64,000 bases of DNA from a virus: IMG/VR virus record IMGVR_UViG_3300045988_167691; one strand, 5' to 3'. Position 1 is the stretch's first letter; each line of letters starts with the position of its first letter. The notes under the pieces were generated by a model. That model worked only from the letters and a program-made list of their open reading frames with translations, was not told the origin of the DNA and ran no database searches. Both the position numbers and the translations under genes were made by a program. Shown here one piece after another: positions 37,146 to 45,646 of the stretch.

Positions 37146-39245
37146 TTAAACCAGATTAATGCTAAAACCACTGCTTTCACCTTCCTCACGTAAGGTATTT
37201 ATTGCAAACCAGCTTGAGAGGCATAGATCGTCATGTCCTGAACTTGCTTCCAGTTTTCCTTTATCGCTTCTAAAAGTGATAGAAGAAAATTCACTAAACA
37301 TCAATTCCACCTTTTCCCTTGTCTCGCCCTCCTTATAAGGCGTTCTGATTTGTCCTCTTTCAAACATAGCAGACAAAGACGGAAGTCCGGTGTACAAGTC
37401 CTTCTTGTTTCCCTCCGTAGTGGTAAATTGTTCGATATTGGTAAGTCCTCTTTCTCTTGCAAGTGCTGACAATATCCCTTGGAATCCGTTAGCCTCGCAC
37501 ACGATCTTGTCAGGCTTATACAGACGATTGAAAAGAACAATCTTGTCCACCTGCTCATTGTGAGACATACCTTTTGCCCTGAAATAATTCACAAGATGGT
37601 AATTACCAGAAAAGTCAACTCCCCAAACGGAATAGACGGTGTAGTCAGCACCAATATTACCGGAAACAGCAAAGTCGCATCCCACTACCACCCTTTGAAG
37701 TTCGAACGGATAAAACTCTATGCTGTCCGCAAAGGAAACCTTATCCATGCCGGTAGTTGCCCTTCTAAGATATTCATATGGGAAAATAGTTGAGTTGTCC
37801 GAAATAGGAATCACAAGGTACTCTCGTGCAAACACAATAGAACCAAGTTCTGTCCTTTTCCTTTTTATATCTTCAAACATATACCTGTCAGGAGCAAGAG
37901 GTCGTCCGTCCGGGAATATGATAGGATATTCAAACAGATAAAAACGCTTATCTCCCTTAATGACATTGTACAATTCGTTAGGAGCAGTAGAATAAGGCGT
38001 ACCTGACACAATCAGATATCCGTAAGGCTCAACAATAGGAGTAATAGTCCCTCTAAATGTTTCCTTTAGCTTTTCTCTTTGCTCATCACTGTAAAGAGAA
38101 CTTTCATCTGGCATATCATCTATGATTGCTGCTCCAACGTGCAAACCACGAATAAAACCATCCTTACCACGAACATGAAGAATCGCACCATTTTCACCTT
38201 CTATTGCCGTTTCTCCAAGTTTAGCCTTGCCGTTCGGATCAAGTTTTTCCTTCAATATATCATTGGTGGATATTTCCTCTATAATCTTGTTCACATGCAC
38301 TTTTGCAAGTGTCATTGTATTTGTGATCATAGCGGTTTCTTTCCGGTTCTTGTTGTCTATCGTATCCCCTCCATACAACATAGGACGTGTATAGGAGTAT
38401 AACCTCCATAAAGGGAACGCATAGCACCACTCGAAGCTGTTGTGCATTACTGTGCCGTCAGCGAGCAAAAACTTATGATCTCCGTCACAAGCAAAACCGT
38501 AATACTCACCTTCATCCAGTAAGGTTATAAAGATTTCCGTTTTCTTGAATTTCCCATCTCTTGAAACTCTGTAACCTTCATATTTAGTGCCTCTCCTTTG
38601 GTTCATTTCGGCGATTTCAACAGGAATGTAAGTACCGTCAGCAAGACAAAGGATGTGTCCTTCGCTTACTATATAGCTATCTCCGCCTTTCTGTCTTACT
38701 TCGTACATATAGGTTTCTCCGTGATGCAGTTCCAAGACATTGCGACATTTCAAGTCTTGTCCCATCACCTTGTCACCTACTCTTATATCCTGGACTTTTT
38801 TTAACGAACCATCTGCCATAACTATCAAAGTATCAGGAGAAACGCACTTTCCACTACTTCGCGAACACAAATAACTACTCCAAGGAAATAGCTGCGTAAG
38901 ATTCCCCCATTCCAAGTTTCGCCATCCCATATTGAAATTAGAAAGGACTGTCGCCTTGAAATAATTAAAAGACAGAATCCTTAGATTTTCATCCATTGAA
39001 GCAAACAGATTGTCCACATACCCCAGCTTTTCCGTGTCAAGCGAACGTCCAAAATTCATGGCATACTCGGTCTGATTGATTATAGTGTCTAACATTTTAT
39101 CCAAATCCTTTCTGCTGCCACCAGAAAACAAGGATCGCACAGTAGTGGAAGGAAGTCGGTCTATAATATCGTCCACCGTTGCAAACAACCTTTTTGACTG
39201 TAGCTCGGTAAGTATTCCTCCTTTTGAATTATATATGACTGCCAT
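37146..39245 (-). CDS. terL: terminase large subunit interrupted by a mini-intein
   Basis: CSRSSGK-[intein]-SFEW Walker A, AAIIDDMPDE Walker B-like and VVGCDFAVS nuclease Asp. Confidence 0.75.
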   Translation of the reverse strand: MAVIYNSKGGILTELQSKRLFATVDDIIDRLPSTTVRSLFSGGSRKDLDKMLDTIINQTEYAMNFGRSLDTEKLGYVDNLFASMDENLRILSFNYFKATVLSNFNMGWRNLEWGNLTQLFPWSSYLCSRSSGKCVSPDTLIVMADGSLKKVQDIRVGDKVMGQDLKCRNVLELHHGETYMYEVRQKGGDSYIVSEGHILCLADGTYIPVEIAEMNQRRGTKYEGYRVSRDGKFKKTEIFITLLDEGEYYGFACDGDHKFLLADGTVMHNSFEWCYAFPLWRLYSYTRPMLYGGDTIDNKNRKETAMITNTMTLAKVHVNKIIEEISTNDILKEKLDPNGKAKLGETAIEGENGAILHVRGKDGFIRGLHVGAAIIDDMPDESSLYSDEQREKLKETFRGTITPIVEPYGYLIVSGTPYSTAPNELYNVIKGDKRFYLFEYPIIFPDGRPLAPDRYMFEDIKRKRTELGSIVFAREYLVIPISDNSTIFPYEYLRRATTGMDKVSFADSIEFYPFELQRVVVGCDFAVSGNIGADYTVYSVWGVDFSGNYHLVNYFRAKGMSHNEQVDKIVLFNRLYKPDKIVCEANGFQGILSALARERGLTNIEQFTTTEGNKKDLYTGLPSLSAMFERGQIRTPYKEGETREKVELMFSEFSSITFRSDKGKLEASSGHDDLCLSSWFAINTLREEGESSGFSINLV
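38439..38846 (-). mobile_element. class 1 mini-intein (136 aa) in the TerL P-loop
   Basis: Starts CVSPDTLIVMADG, has block B SEGHILCL, and ends GTVMHN followed by S. Confidence 0.8.
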
Positions 39246-39247
39246 TT

Positions 39248-39901
39248 CTACAAAGCAAATTTTTCTCGAAAGGGATTTCGCGCAGATGAAGTTCCACCGT
39301 CAGATACACCTTCTCCCCTTAACTTTTTTACAAAATTAATCATAAGTAGTGCGTTGGCATAGGTATCATCACCTGCACGATGAGCGTTCACCAAATCAAT
39401 GCCCTCTTTTTCACAAACAGTATGAAGTTGGTAATTCTCTATTTCCGGGTAAGACATGTGTGCCATTTGCATTGTATCGATAGAAAACTTTACATACTTC
39501 TTTAAATCGTCCCCCATGAACTTGAAGAAGTTCTCCAAAAAGGCATTATCAAACCCTACTATGTTATGACCGCATAATGTACACATTTGTCTGGGATTCT
39601 TGTACTTCTTAAAAAGTGCCTGGCATTTCTTGAATATATCCTTCAAAGGAATAGCCTTTTCCTTTTGGATTGTTTCTGTTATCCCGTGTATCGCTTCTGC
39701 TTCCGAAGAATAGATAAGACCTTCTTTGTAATCACGCGGGAATATCATAGACAGTTCGTCGCAAACTTCCAATTTCTCCATATCTATTACAACAAAAGCC
39801 AATTCTATTAATGCTATGGCGTCAAAAGCCGGTTTTTCTGCGGAAGGAATTGATCCTGTCTCGCAGTCATAGCATATTATATATTTACTTGAACTTTTCA
39901 T
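39248..39901 (-). CDS. DEDDh 3'-5' exonuclease (DnaQ/epsilon-like)
   Basis: ICYDCETGS (Exo I), GHNIVGFDNAFL (Exo II) and HRAGDDTYA (Exo III, H-x4-D). Confidence 0.75.
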   Translation of the reverse strand: MKSSSKYIICYDCETGSIPSAEKPAFDAIALIELAFVVIDMEKLEVCDELSMIFPRDYKEGLIYSSEAEAIHGITETIQKEKAIPLKDIFKKCQALFKKYKNPRQMCTLCGHNIVGFDNAFLENFFKFMGDDLKKYVKFSIDTMQMAHMSYPEIENYQLHTVCEKEGIDLVNAHRAGDDTYANALLMINFVKKLRGEGVSDGGTSSARNPFREKFAL

Positions 39902-39904
39902 CTC

Positions 39905-41234
39905 TACATCAGGTAACTATATATTAGTTTATACTAACACATATTAGTTAATAAATTTCTTAACTGGGTTATACTCAAACCCTGTATAGGGTGGCATTAC
40001 TGCATCCCCTTTTACTTTTCTCATGATGTTATAACTTCCGTTGACATCAGCATTAAGTAAGATCCCATCTTTTGTTTTAAAAAGTCCTCTTTTTACTCTT
40101 TTACCAACGTAAGTATCATGATGTTCCACAGATTCTAAATCAAAAGAACTGCATTTTGACGTATGAGATTCGTTTACTTCAACAAATCTTAGCCCTTGTC
40201 TTTCTGATTTATACCTTAACATTGATATGAACATATCGAAAGGAATTGAAACAAAATTCTGATTGTTTCTTTTCCCAAGATTGGATTCTTGCTTCCATCC
40301 GTCATTATGTCCGACTATCAATGTTGTTATATTATCTTCCAAACAAGTATTGATTATTTCTTTACTTGCCTTGTGAAGATAATCCTTTGCTTTGTTGTTT
40401 CTCTTTCTTGTAAGAGACATTAACCGTCTTGAATTTTCTTTTCCATTTACTTTTTTTAATTGTTGTTGAATTTTCGATCTTTTCTTGTTGTAATACTGAT
40501 TGATGGATTTTAATTTCCTTCCATCAATCAAAACAGGTTTATTGTTTGTATTAGTTACAATAGAAGCTAAATTGTTTACACCTAAATCAATAGACATGAC
40601 CCTATTGTTATCGGGAAGCTGTTCTTTTACAGAAGATTCATAAACAACTTCTATAGAATAACAATCTGCTTTAGGAATAAACCGAACTTGTTTTACAGAA
40701 CCTTCTTTGCAATTCGTTTTCAAAGGTGACAGCCCTTCTTTCTTTGGAAAGAAAATGAAGTTTCCTTTGTGTTTAAACTGAGCATAAGAATAAGAAAATA
40801 CATTTCTACCTTTTGTTTTATGTTTATATCTCGGAAACTTAGGACAACCGGTAAACTTTTTGTTATCCCGTTTCCAAGACTTGATAGCAGAAAAATAAGA
40901 TTTTAGGTTCTTGTCTAAAGCCATAAGAACTTGTTGAGAAGAATTTGCACTCATTGCTCTATAGTCTATATTATCCTGTTTTCTAAACATACTATCAAGA
41001 TCAGTATATCTTATCCACTTTCCCGTACTAAGAAACTCTTTCTTTATTGTATATAAAGCAGCATTATACAAGTTCTTAGACAAGAAACAAATTCGATCTA
41101 AATCTTTGTATCTCTTATCATTTACAGAAATAATATGTTGTTCTACCAAATACATAGTGCAAATTTAAATAGAATATTTGAAATTTCCTATTTAAAATCT
41201 ACAACTTTAAATATTTCTGTAAACTGGTATATAG
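39905..41234 (-). mobile_element. IS200/IS605-family-like element carrying only tnpB (approximate ends)
   Basis: tnpB plus about 40 nt and about 80 nt of flanks fills the whole gap between two unrelated genes. An 11-bp inverted match (gtaactatata at 39912-39922, tatatagttac at 41228-41238) lies near both ends. Confidence 0.45.
39944..41155 (-). CDS. tnpB: TnpB (IS605 OrfB-type RNA-guided nuclease family)
   Basis: SIDLGVNNLA (RuvC-I Asp), LIVGHNDGWKQESNLGKRNNQNF, VNESHTSKCS and LNADVNGSYNIMRK (RuvC-III Asp). Confidence 0.8.
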   Translation of the reverse strand: MYLVEQHIISVNDKRYKDLDRICFLSKNLYNAALYTIKKEFLSTGKWIRYTDLDSMFRKQDNIDYRAMSANSSQQVLMALDKNLKSYFSAIKSWKRDNKKFTGCPKFPRYKHKTKGRNVFSYSYAQFKHKGNFIFFPKKEGLSPLKTNCKEGSVKQVRFIPKADCYSIEVVYESSVKEQLPDNNRVMSIDLGVNNLASIVTNTNNKPVLIDGRKLKSINQYYNKKRSKIQQQLKKVNGKENSRRLMSLTRKRNNKAKDYLHKASKEIINTCLEDNITTLIVGHNDGWKQESNLGKRNNQNFVSIPFDMFISMLRYKSERQGLRFVEVNESHTSKCSSFDLESVEHHDTYVGKRVKRGLFKTKDGILLNADVNGSYNIMRKVKGDAVMPPYTGFEYNPVKKFIN

Positions 41235-41525
41235 TTACATCATTATTTGTTTCCCGTAAACTCTTGCTATTTCAAACTCTGCCATACAACCTTTTGATGT
41301 TGCCCAATCAAAAACAAAATAAACGGCATCACACTCTAAAAGAGCTTTAATGCTCTCTCCCATGTAATAGGAATAGGGTTTATCCGGTTCACTGCAATCG
41401 TCAAAAGGTGTTATCACTTCATATCCCTTTTCTTCGATCCATTTCTTGACTTGATTTGCATATTTCTTTGTTTCTTCCAAATCATGCCCTGTTATAGGCA
41501 AGCTAACATACACTTTTGTTTTCAT
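41235..41525 (-). CDS. DUF4406 / nucleoside 2-deoxyribosyltransferase-like protein
   Basis: KVYVSLPITG ... YEVITPF ... LLECDAVYFVFDWATSKGCMAEFEIA matches the family pattern. Confidence 0.55.
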   Translation of the reverse strand: MKTKVYVSLPITGHDLEETKKYANQVKKWIEEKGYEVITPFDDCSEPDKPYSYYMGESIKALLECDAVYFVFDWATSKGCMAEFEIARVYGKQIMM

Positions 41526-41764
41526 CTTCTAAATTTTTGTCTATTTGTATCTCTTACAAGCTGCCAAAGTCTTACATTTCCTCCTTCCGGTACACATGGA
41601 TCGATATACAGATTTCCTCCACCTATATAAGCAGGAACATTCCCTGTCGTGCTATAAGCTCTAATATCCCACAGAGTGAATTTCTTGCCATTTCTTTTCG
41701 AGAAATGTTGATTGAAATACTCTGTCATCCCTGTAAGATTCAAATTTTTTGTTAATATTTCCAC
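41522..41764 (-). CDS. hypothetical protein, 80 aa
   Basis: ORF only. Confidence 0.4.
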   Translation of the reverse strand: MEILTKNLNLTGMTEYFNQHFSKRNGKKFTLWDIRAYSTTGNVPAYIGGGNLYIDPCVPEGGNVRLWQLVRDTNRQKFRR

Positions 41765-41770
41765 ACTCTA

Positions 41771-42181
41771 TCAGTTTAAAACTAATTTCAGTCTATCAAA
41801 ATCACGAGAACAATCATCCTCGTTTTCATATCGTATATGGATATTTTTATAGGGGTTGTCTTTTAAATTGACAGCATCCGGCATTTCATTTATGATTATT
41901 TCCGGTATCCCCTCATCCGTATATTTCATTTCAGCAGAGACTATGTATATCCTTGTAAGCGCCAGTTTCCCGTTTGAAAAGACAAACAGTCTCTCTTTCT
42001 TGAAATAGTTCTTTTCGCTCCATTTTGTGTATTCTTCTATGAAATCCGCTACACTTGTGTCACTTGGAAGAGCAATCACCTTCTCCAGTTTCTCTTTGAA
42101 AACGTTCATTTTCATATCCCCAAGCAATTCGGAAATAGAAGTAAGAAGCAATTCCATGTTTTCATTCAATCGCATTTCCAT
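41771..42181 (-). CDS. hypothetical protein, 136 aa
   Basis: ORF only. Confidence 0.45.
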   Translation of the reverse strand: MEMRLNENMELLLTSISELLGDMKMNVFKEKLEKVIALPSDTSVADFIEEYTKWSEKNYFKKERLFVFSNGKLALTRIYIVSAEMKYTDEGIPEIIINEMPDAVNLKDNPYKNIHIRYENEDDCSRDFDRLKLVLN

Positions 42182-42363
42182 CCCCCCCCTATTTCAATTA
42201 ATGTGTTCCATTCTCTAAGAACGAATCGGTTTCTGCCATTCTCTGCTTCTACCACTAACATCGTCCCATCTTCCACAGGGTAGGAATCAATCACTTCCCC
42301 TTCGAAGTAGTTTCCTTCTTCTGTCCAACGCACTTTCATGGCATCAAAATTTATAAATTGCAC
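42166..42363 (-). CDS. hypothetical protein, 65 aa
   Basis: ORF only. Confidence 0.4.
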   Translation of the reverse strand: MQFINFDAMKVRWTEEGNYFEGEVIDSYPVEDGTMLVVEAENGRNRFVLREWNTLIEIGGGWKCD

Positions 42364-42770
42364 ATTTCGCTTTTAACTTTCTTGATATATTTCTTCGAAA
42401 CCTTTCCTCTATGAAGAACAATCGCCCTATCAATATCCTTAGATGGATTGTAGTGTTGTTGATAGATTTCAAACATCTCTCTTGCTTTAGTAGGATTGAG
42501 CCTATCGTTATAGGAATAAGCTCTCTTTCCTTTGATACGGTTCACTTCATCCACATAAATTTTCAACATTTGAAATCTGCCGGAAGCTGAACTTTTAGGA
42601 TTTCTTGCACTATCGTCACAGCCTGATTCAACCATGCAAATAGCATGAACCAATCTTTCCCAAACCACCCTGTCCATCGCGTCTTTCTTGTCACTAATAG
42701 TAGGAACTCTAGCATCAGAAACAAGTAACGGAAACAAAGATAATATTGACACGACAATTATTCTTCTCAT
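42351..42770 (-). CDS. secreted lytic transglycosylase (SLT-domain lysin)
   Basis: N-terminal signal/anchor IIVVSILSLFPLLVS, then CMVESGCD ... ASGRFQM (catalytic E-S and G-x-x-Q motifs). Confidence 0.65.
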   Translation of the reverse strand: MRRIIVVSILSLFPLLVSDARVPTISDKKDAMDRVVWERLVHAICMVESGCDDSARNPKSSASGRFQMLKIYVDEVNRIKGKRAYSYNDRLNPTKAREMFEIYQQHYNPSKDIDRAIVLHRGKVSKKYIKKVKSEMCNL

Positions 42771-43249
42771 AAAATTTCCCTTTCTCCAAATTCATGTAAC
42801 CTATGACAAGCGGAGCAAAGAAGTTCAATGTTATCTTTGTCCATTTTCAAGTCCGGTCTCGCTCCGCGTGATCGTATGTGTGAAAAGAAAATGGCTTTTG
42901 GTTCATCTCCCAAAGGCTTTCCACATTTCGCGCATACATGTTCTCTTTCTCCCCATATTTCCATGAATAGGGTTTTAAGATCACCTCTCCTTTCTTTCCC
43001 TATTTTCTTGTCACATTCTTTACAGAGCCACTTCATCCTATTGTAGATGTAATGATTTTCACCACATCTTTTACAAGGACGATATTTGTATTTCTCCTTC
43101 TTTTTCAGCACGTTACTCAAACTTATAGCTTTTAATTCTTTCAATCTGATTTTCAAGATACTGAACTCTCTTATCAACCGTTGCGTTAATAGCTTTCTTT
43201 GCTTCTTCTTTTGTGAAAAACACATCTCTGCCAATTTTAGCCATTTCAC
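42767..43249 (-). CDS. HNH endonuclease
   Basis: CxxC pairs (CKRCG, CKECD, CAKCG) and CSACHRLHE. The real start is probably downstream of 43249, because the ORF overlaps the upstream gene by 137 nt. Confidence 0.6.
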   Translation of the reverse strand: MKWLKLAEMCFSQKKKQRKLLTQRLIREFSILKIRLKELKAISLSNVLKKKEKYKYRPCKRCGENHYIYNRMKWLCKECDKKIGKERRGDLKTLFMEIWGEREHVCAKCGKPLGDEPKAIFFSHIRSRGARPDLKMDKDNIELLCSACHRLHEFGEREIL

Positions 43250-43370
43250 GTTCTCCTTCCGGGATGATATACTCCAGACCTCTGAAAGTAGTTGTTTCCC
43301 ATTTTTTTACTTCTTTAATTTCACCTGTCATAAGTGCTGAACGCACGTCATACATTACTTTTTCTTCCAT
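43113..43370 (-). CDS. hypothetical protein, 85 aa
   Basis: ORF only. Confidence 0.4.
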   Translation of the reverse strand: MEEKVMYDVRSALMTGEIKEVKKWETTTFRGLEYIIPEGEREMAKIGRDVFFTKEEAKKAINATVDKRVQYLENQIERIKSYKFE

Positions 43371-43590
43371 AACAATTTAAACTTTGTATTCTGTTAAACC
43401 TATCTATTAATTCACACACATAGTCCATCTTTTTCTCACTTTCCTTACTCGAAAGATAGATAAACCCGAAACTCCTTACAAACTTAGGGTTTCCAAACCA
43501 TCCGTACCTTACGATCAAAAGCTCTGCTCTTTTCGTATCGTAAAAACAAGGGACAATTTTAACTTCAAGTTCCTTTCTTCTTTTTCTCAT
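43348..43590 (-). CDS. hypothetical protein, 80 aa
   Basis: ORF only. Confidence 0.4.
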   Translation of the reverse strand: MRKRRKELEVKIVPCFYDTKRAELLIVRYGWFGNPKFVRSFGFIYLSSKESEKKMDYVCELIDRFNRIQSLNCYGRKSNV

Positions 43591-44087
43591 CTGTCCTTAT
43601 ATTTTTCTTCACACAATTTTATATACCTGCATCCTTTGCATTTCTTTTCATGATACAAAAACCCATCATAGCTTTCACAAAGGATGTATCCTCTCGGAGA
43701 ATCAAAATAAAGCTGTCTTTCTTTATCCAAATAGGAATCAGACAAGGCTTCTTCTTTCTGGATAGGGTTTCTAAGGTCGTATTCCATAACGAATTTAGAG
43801 GTAAACCACATATCCTTTTGTGTTCGTTTTCTCCATCTTTCAATAGCTGCTTTCCCTATCACATTAGGAAGAGGAATAATACTCAATTTCGACACCGACA
43901 AAATAAAAACCTGCCTATTAAATTGAAAAGTAAGATAGTTCCAAAGATTCCCCACTATTTCATTTTCAAGAAAATCTTTTATCCTTTCCCTGTCCTTTCT
44001 TTTTGCATGAAACTCATACTTCGGGTTGTTTGTCAGTTTCCCCTGTAAGTATTCATAAATCGTTTCAAATTCTTCTCGTCTTGTCAT
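43587..44087 (-). CDS. hypothetical protein, 166 aa
   Basis: First ORF after the terminator/promoter gap at 44088-44202. Confidence 0.5.
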   Translation of the reverse strand: MTRREEFETIYEYLQGKLTNNPKYEFHAKRKDRERIKDFLENEIVGNLWNYLTFQFNRQVFILSVSKLSIIPLPNVIGKAAIERWRKRTQKDMWFTSKFVMEYDLRNPIQKEEALSDSYLDKERQLYFDSPRGYILCESYDGFLYHEKKCKGCRYIKLCEEKYKDR

Positions 44088-44142
44088 TGCTGTCGAAATT
44101 AGATTATAAAATCATTGCATACAAAAGTTGTATATTTTAAGT

Positions 44143-44171
44143 GATAAAAGAAGGGGAAGTTTTTGTTCCCC
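44143..44171 (-). terminator. rho-independent terminator closing the structural operon
   Basis: - sense GGGGAA-caaaaac-TTCCCC followed by TTCTTTTAT. Confidence 0.55.
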
Positions 44172-44202
44172 TGTCTCGCTGACAAAACTACAACTTTTGT
44201 AA

Positions 44203-44769
44203 CTATTCCCAAACCAAATTAATGTTAAAAATCTCATCGGTCTCTTTTTCAACCTTCTTATAGCGGTTCTGCGTGTTCATATCTCTCTCTGCCACAAGAT
44301 CATAGTCATTTTTTATAATTTTCTTATCAAGCGACCGACAGAACCACAAACAGATTTCATCCCCAGCTTCCATATCACCAAGCGATACCGGTTCTTCCTC
44401 TTTTGCTTCATAAAATTGAATCCAATAAGGTTTTTCGTTCATGGAAGATGTGCGCGAAGTAACCGGATTTTCTTCTTCATCCTTTCCCATCCCTATAGCT
44501 CCTACCGTGATTGTCCCGTAGGGGTTATCCGTTACAGAAGAAAACCATAATTCGACATTTTTAAGCGTTTCTGTGCCCTCATTTTTCAAAACAAGAGCAA
44601 CGTATTGGCTATGAGGATTTGAAGCCAAATTAAGGCTTATTTCATCAAATAAATTGCCAAATACATCATTAGGCACAAGAGTGGAAGATTTATATCCACC
44701 CAACGAATCTGAAACTTTGGACTGCGGACTGTTATATCCCGAACTGACCGTATAATAAAACCGTAACAT
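44203..44769 (-). CDS. structural-module protein, 188 aa (unknown)
   Basis: Last ORF of the fibre operon. Confidence 0.5.
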   Translation of the reverse strand: MLRFYYTVSSGYNSPQSKVSDSLGGYKSSTLVPNDVFGNLFDEISLNLASNPHSQYVALVLKNEGTETLKNVELWFSSVTDNPYGTITVGAIGMGKDEEENPVTSRTSSMNEKPYWIQFYEAKEEEPVSLGDMEAGDEICLWFCRSLDKKIIKNDYDLVAERDMNTQNRYKKVEKETDEIFNINLVWE

Positions 44770-44774
44770 AAGCC

Positions 44775-45620
44775 TTAACTTTTAGAAGTTGACATGAATA
44801 TATTCCCAAGCGACCAATATTCGCTTTTCACTTCATTGTAAACAGATACCGTGCCGCCAGAATTTTGTACACGAGCGATATAATATTCATCCACTTCTTT
44901 GTCTGGCGGAGTGCTGATGCTTACTTCTGGGACTAAAGAAATGACATAATCATCATAAGTGTACAAACCGTTTCGCTGCTCGGAAGTCAATACACCTCCC
45001 AAAGGAAGTGTCCCAAGCACAATAGCTCTTAAATTCGATTCCGCTACAAATGTAGTTGCGGATGTAAGAAGTAAGTTTTGGCTGTCAATTATGTTTACAA
45101 TCTGATAAACGCCATTATTCAAAAGAACAGAACCGTCTTGTTTTTCAAACCTAATAGAAATAGGAGTTGACGAAGACTGCCCTCTCACCTTGCCTGAAAA
45201 ATCAACCGAACCAGACACAATACCTTGTGAGTTTACGCTTACATATCCCTTTTCGTAATTTCTTGTTTTGTAAGCAATCTTCACCCAATAGAAATTGCTG
45301 TCGTTCGGTACAAGAATATTATCTTCTACATTGATATCTATAAAGTTCCCGGCACTGGTAAGAGCCATCCCAGGAAGTACCTTAATAGTGCCAGAGTTTG
45401 TTCCTGTTTCCACTTTAAAAGGTTCTACAAGATTTTCGTTTTCTTCCGGTTTATTGACTGTATTAGGATTGATCTTAGACGGGTCATTCGTAATCATCCC
45501 AAAAGAATAAGATGCCTGTAGCACCGCCTTCATAAGCGGTGCTGTAGCAAAGAAAGAAATCATATTTGAAAGTTCTTCTTTCTCTAAAAAAACATTTCTG
45601 CTAACATTTAACTTGCTCAT
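44775..45620 (-). CDS. structural-module protein, 281 aa (unknown)
   Basis: ORF between the fibre genes. Confidence 0.5.
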   Translation of the reverse strand: MSKLNVSRNVFLEKEELSNMISFFATAPLMKAVLQASYSFGMITNDPSKINPNTVNKPEENENLVEPFKVETGTNSGTIKVLPGMALTSAGNFIDINVEDNILVPNDSNFYWVKIAYKTRNYEKGYVSVNSQGIVSGSVDFSGKVRGQSSSTPISIRFEKQDGSVLLNNGVYQIVNIIDSQNLLLTSATTFVAESNLRAIVLGTLPLGGVLTSEQRNGLYTYDDYVISLVPEVSISTPPDKEVDEYYIARVQNSGGTVSVYNEVKSEYWSLGNIFMSTSKS

Positions 45621-45646
45621 TCTCAGTATATTTTAAAATTTTCAAC

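Noticed and set aside
39912-41238. 11-bp terminal inverted repeats (gtaactatata / tatatagttac) as true ends of the tnpB element
   Set aside because: IS200/IS605-type elements normally lack terminal inverted repeats. An 11-bp AT-rich match within 1.3 kb of AT-rich DNA can arise by chance. It is noted only as a positional hint.
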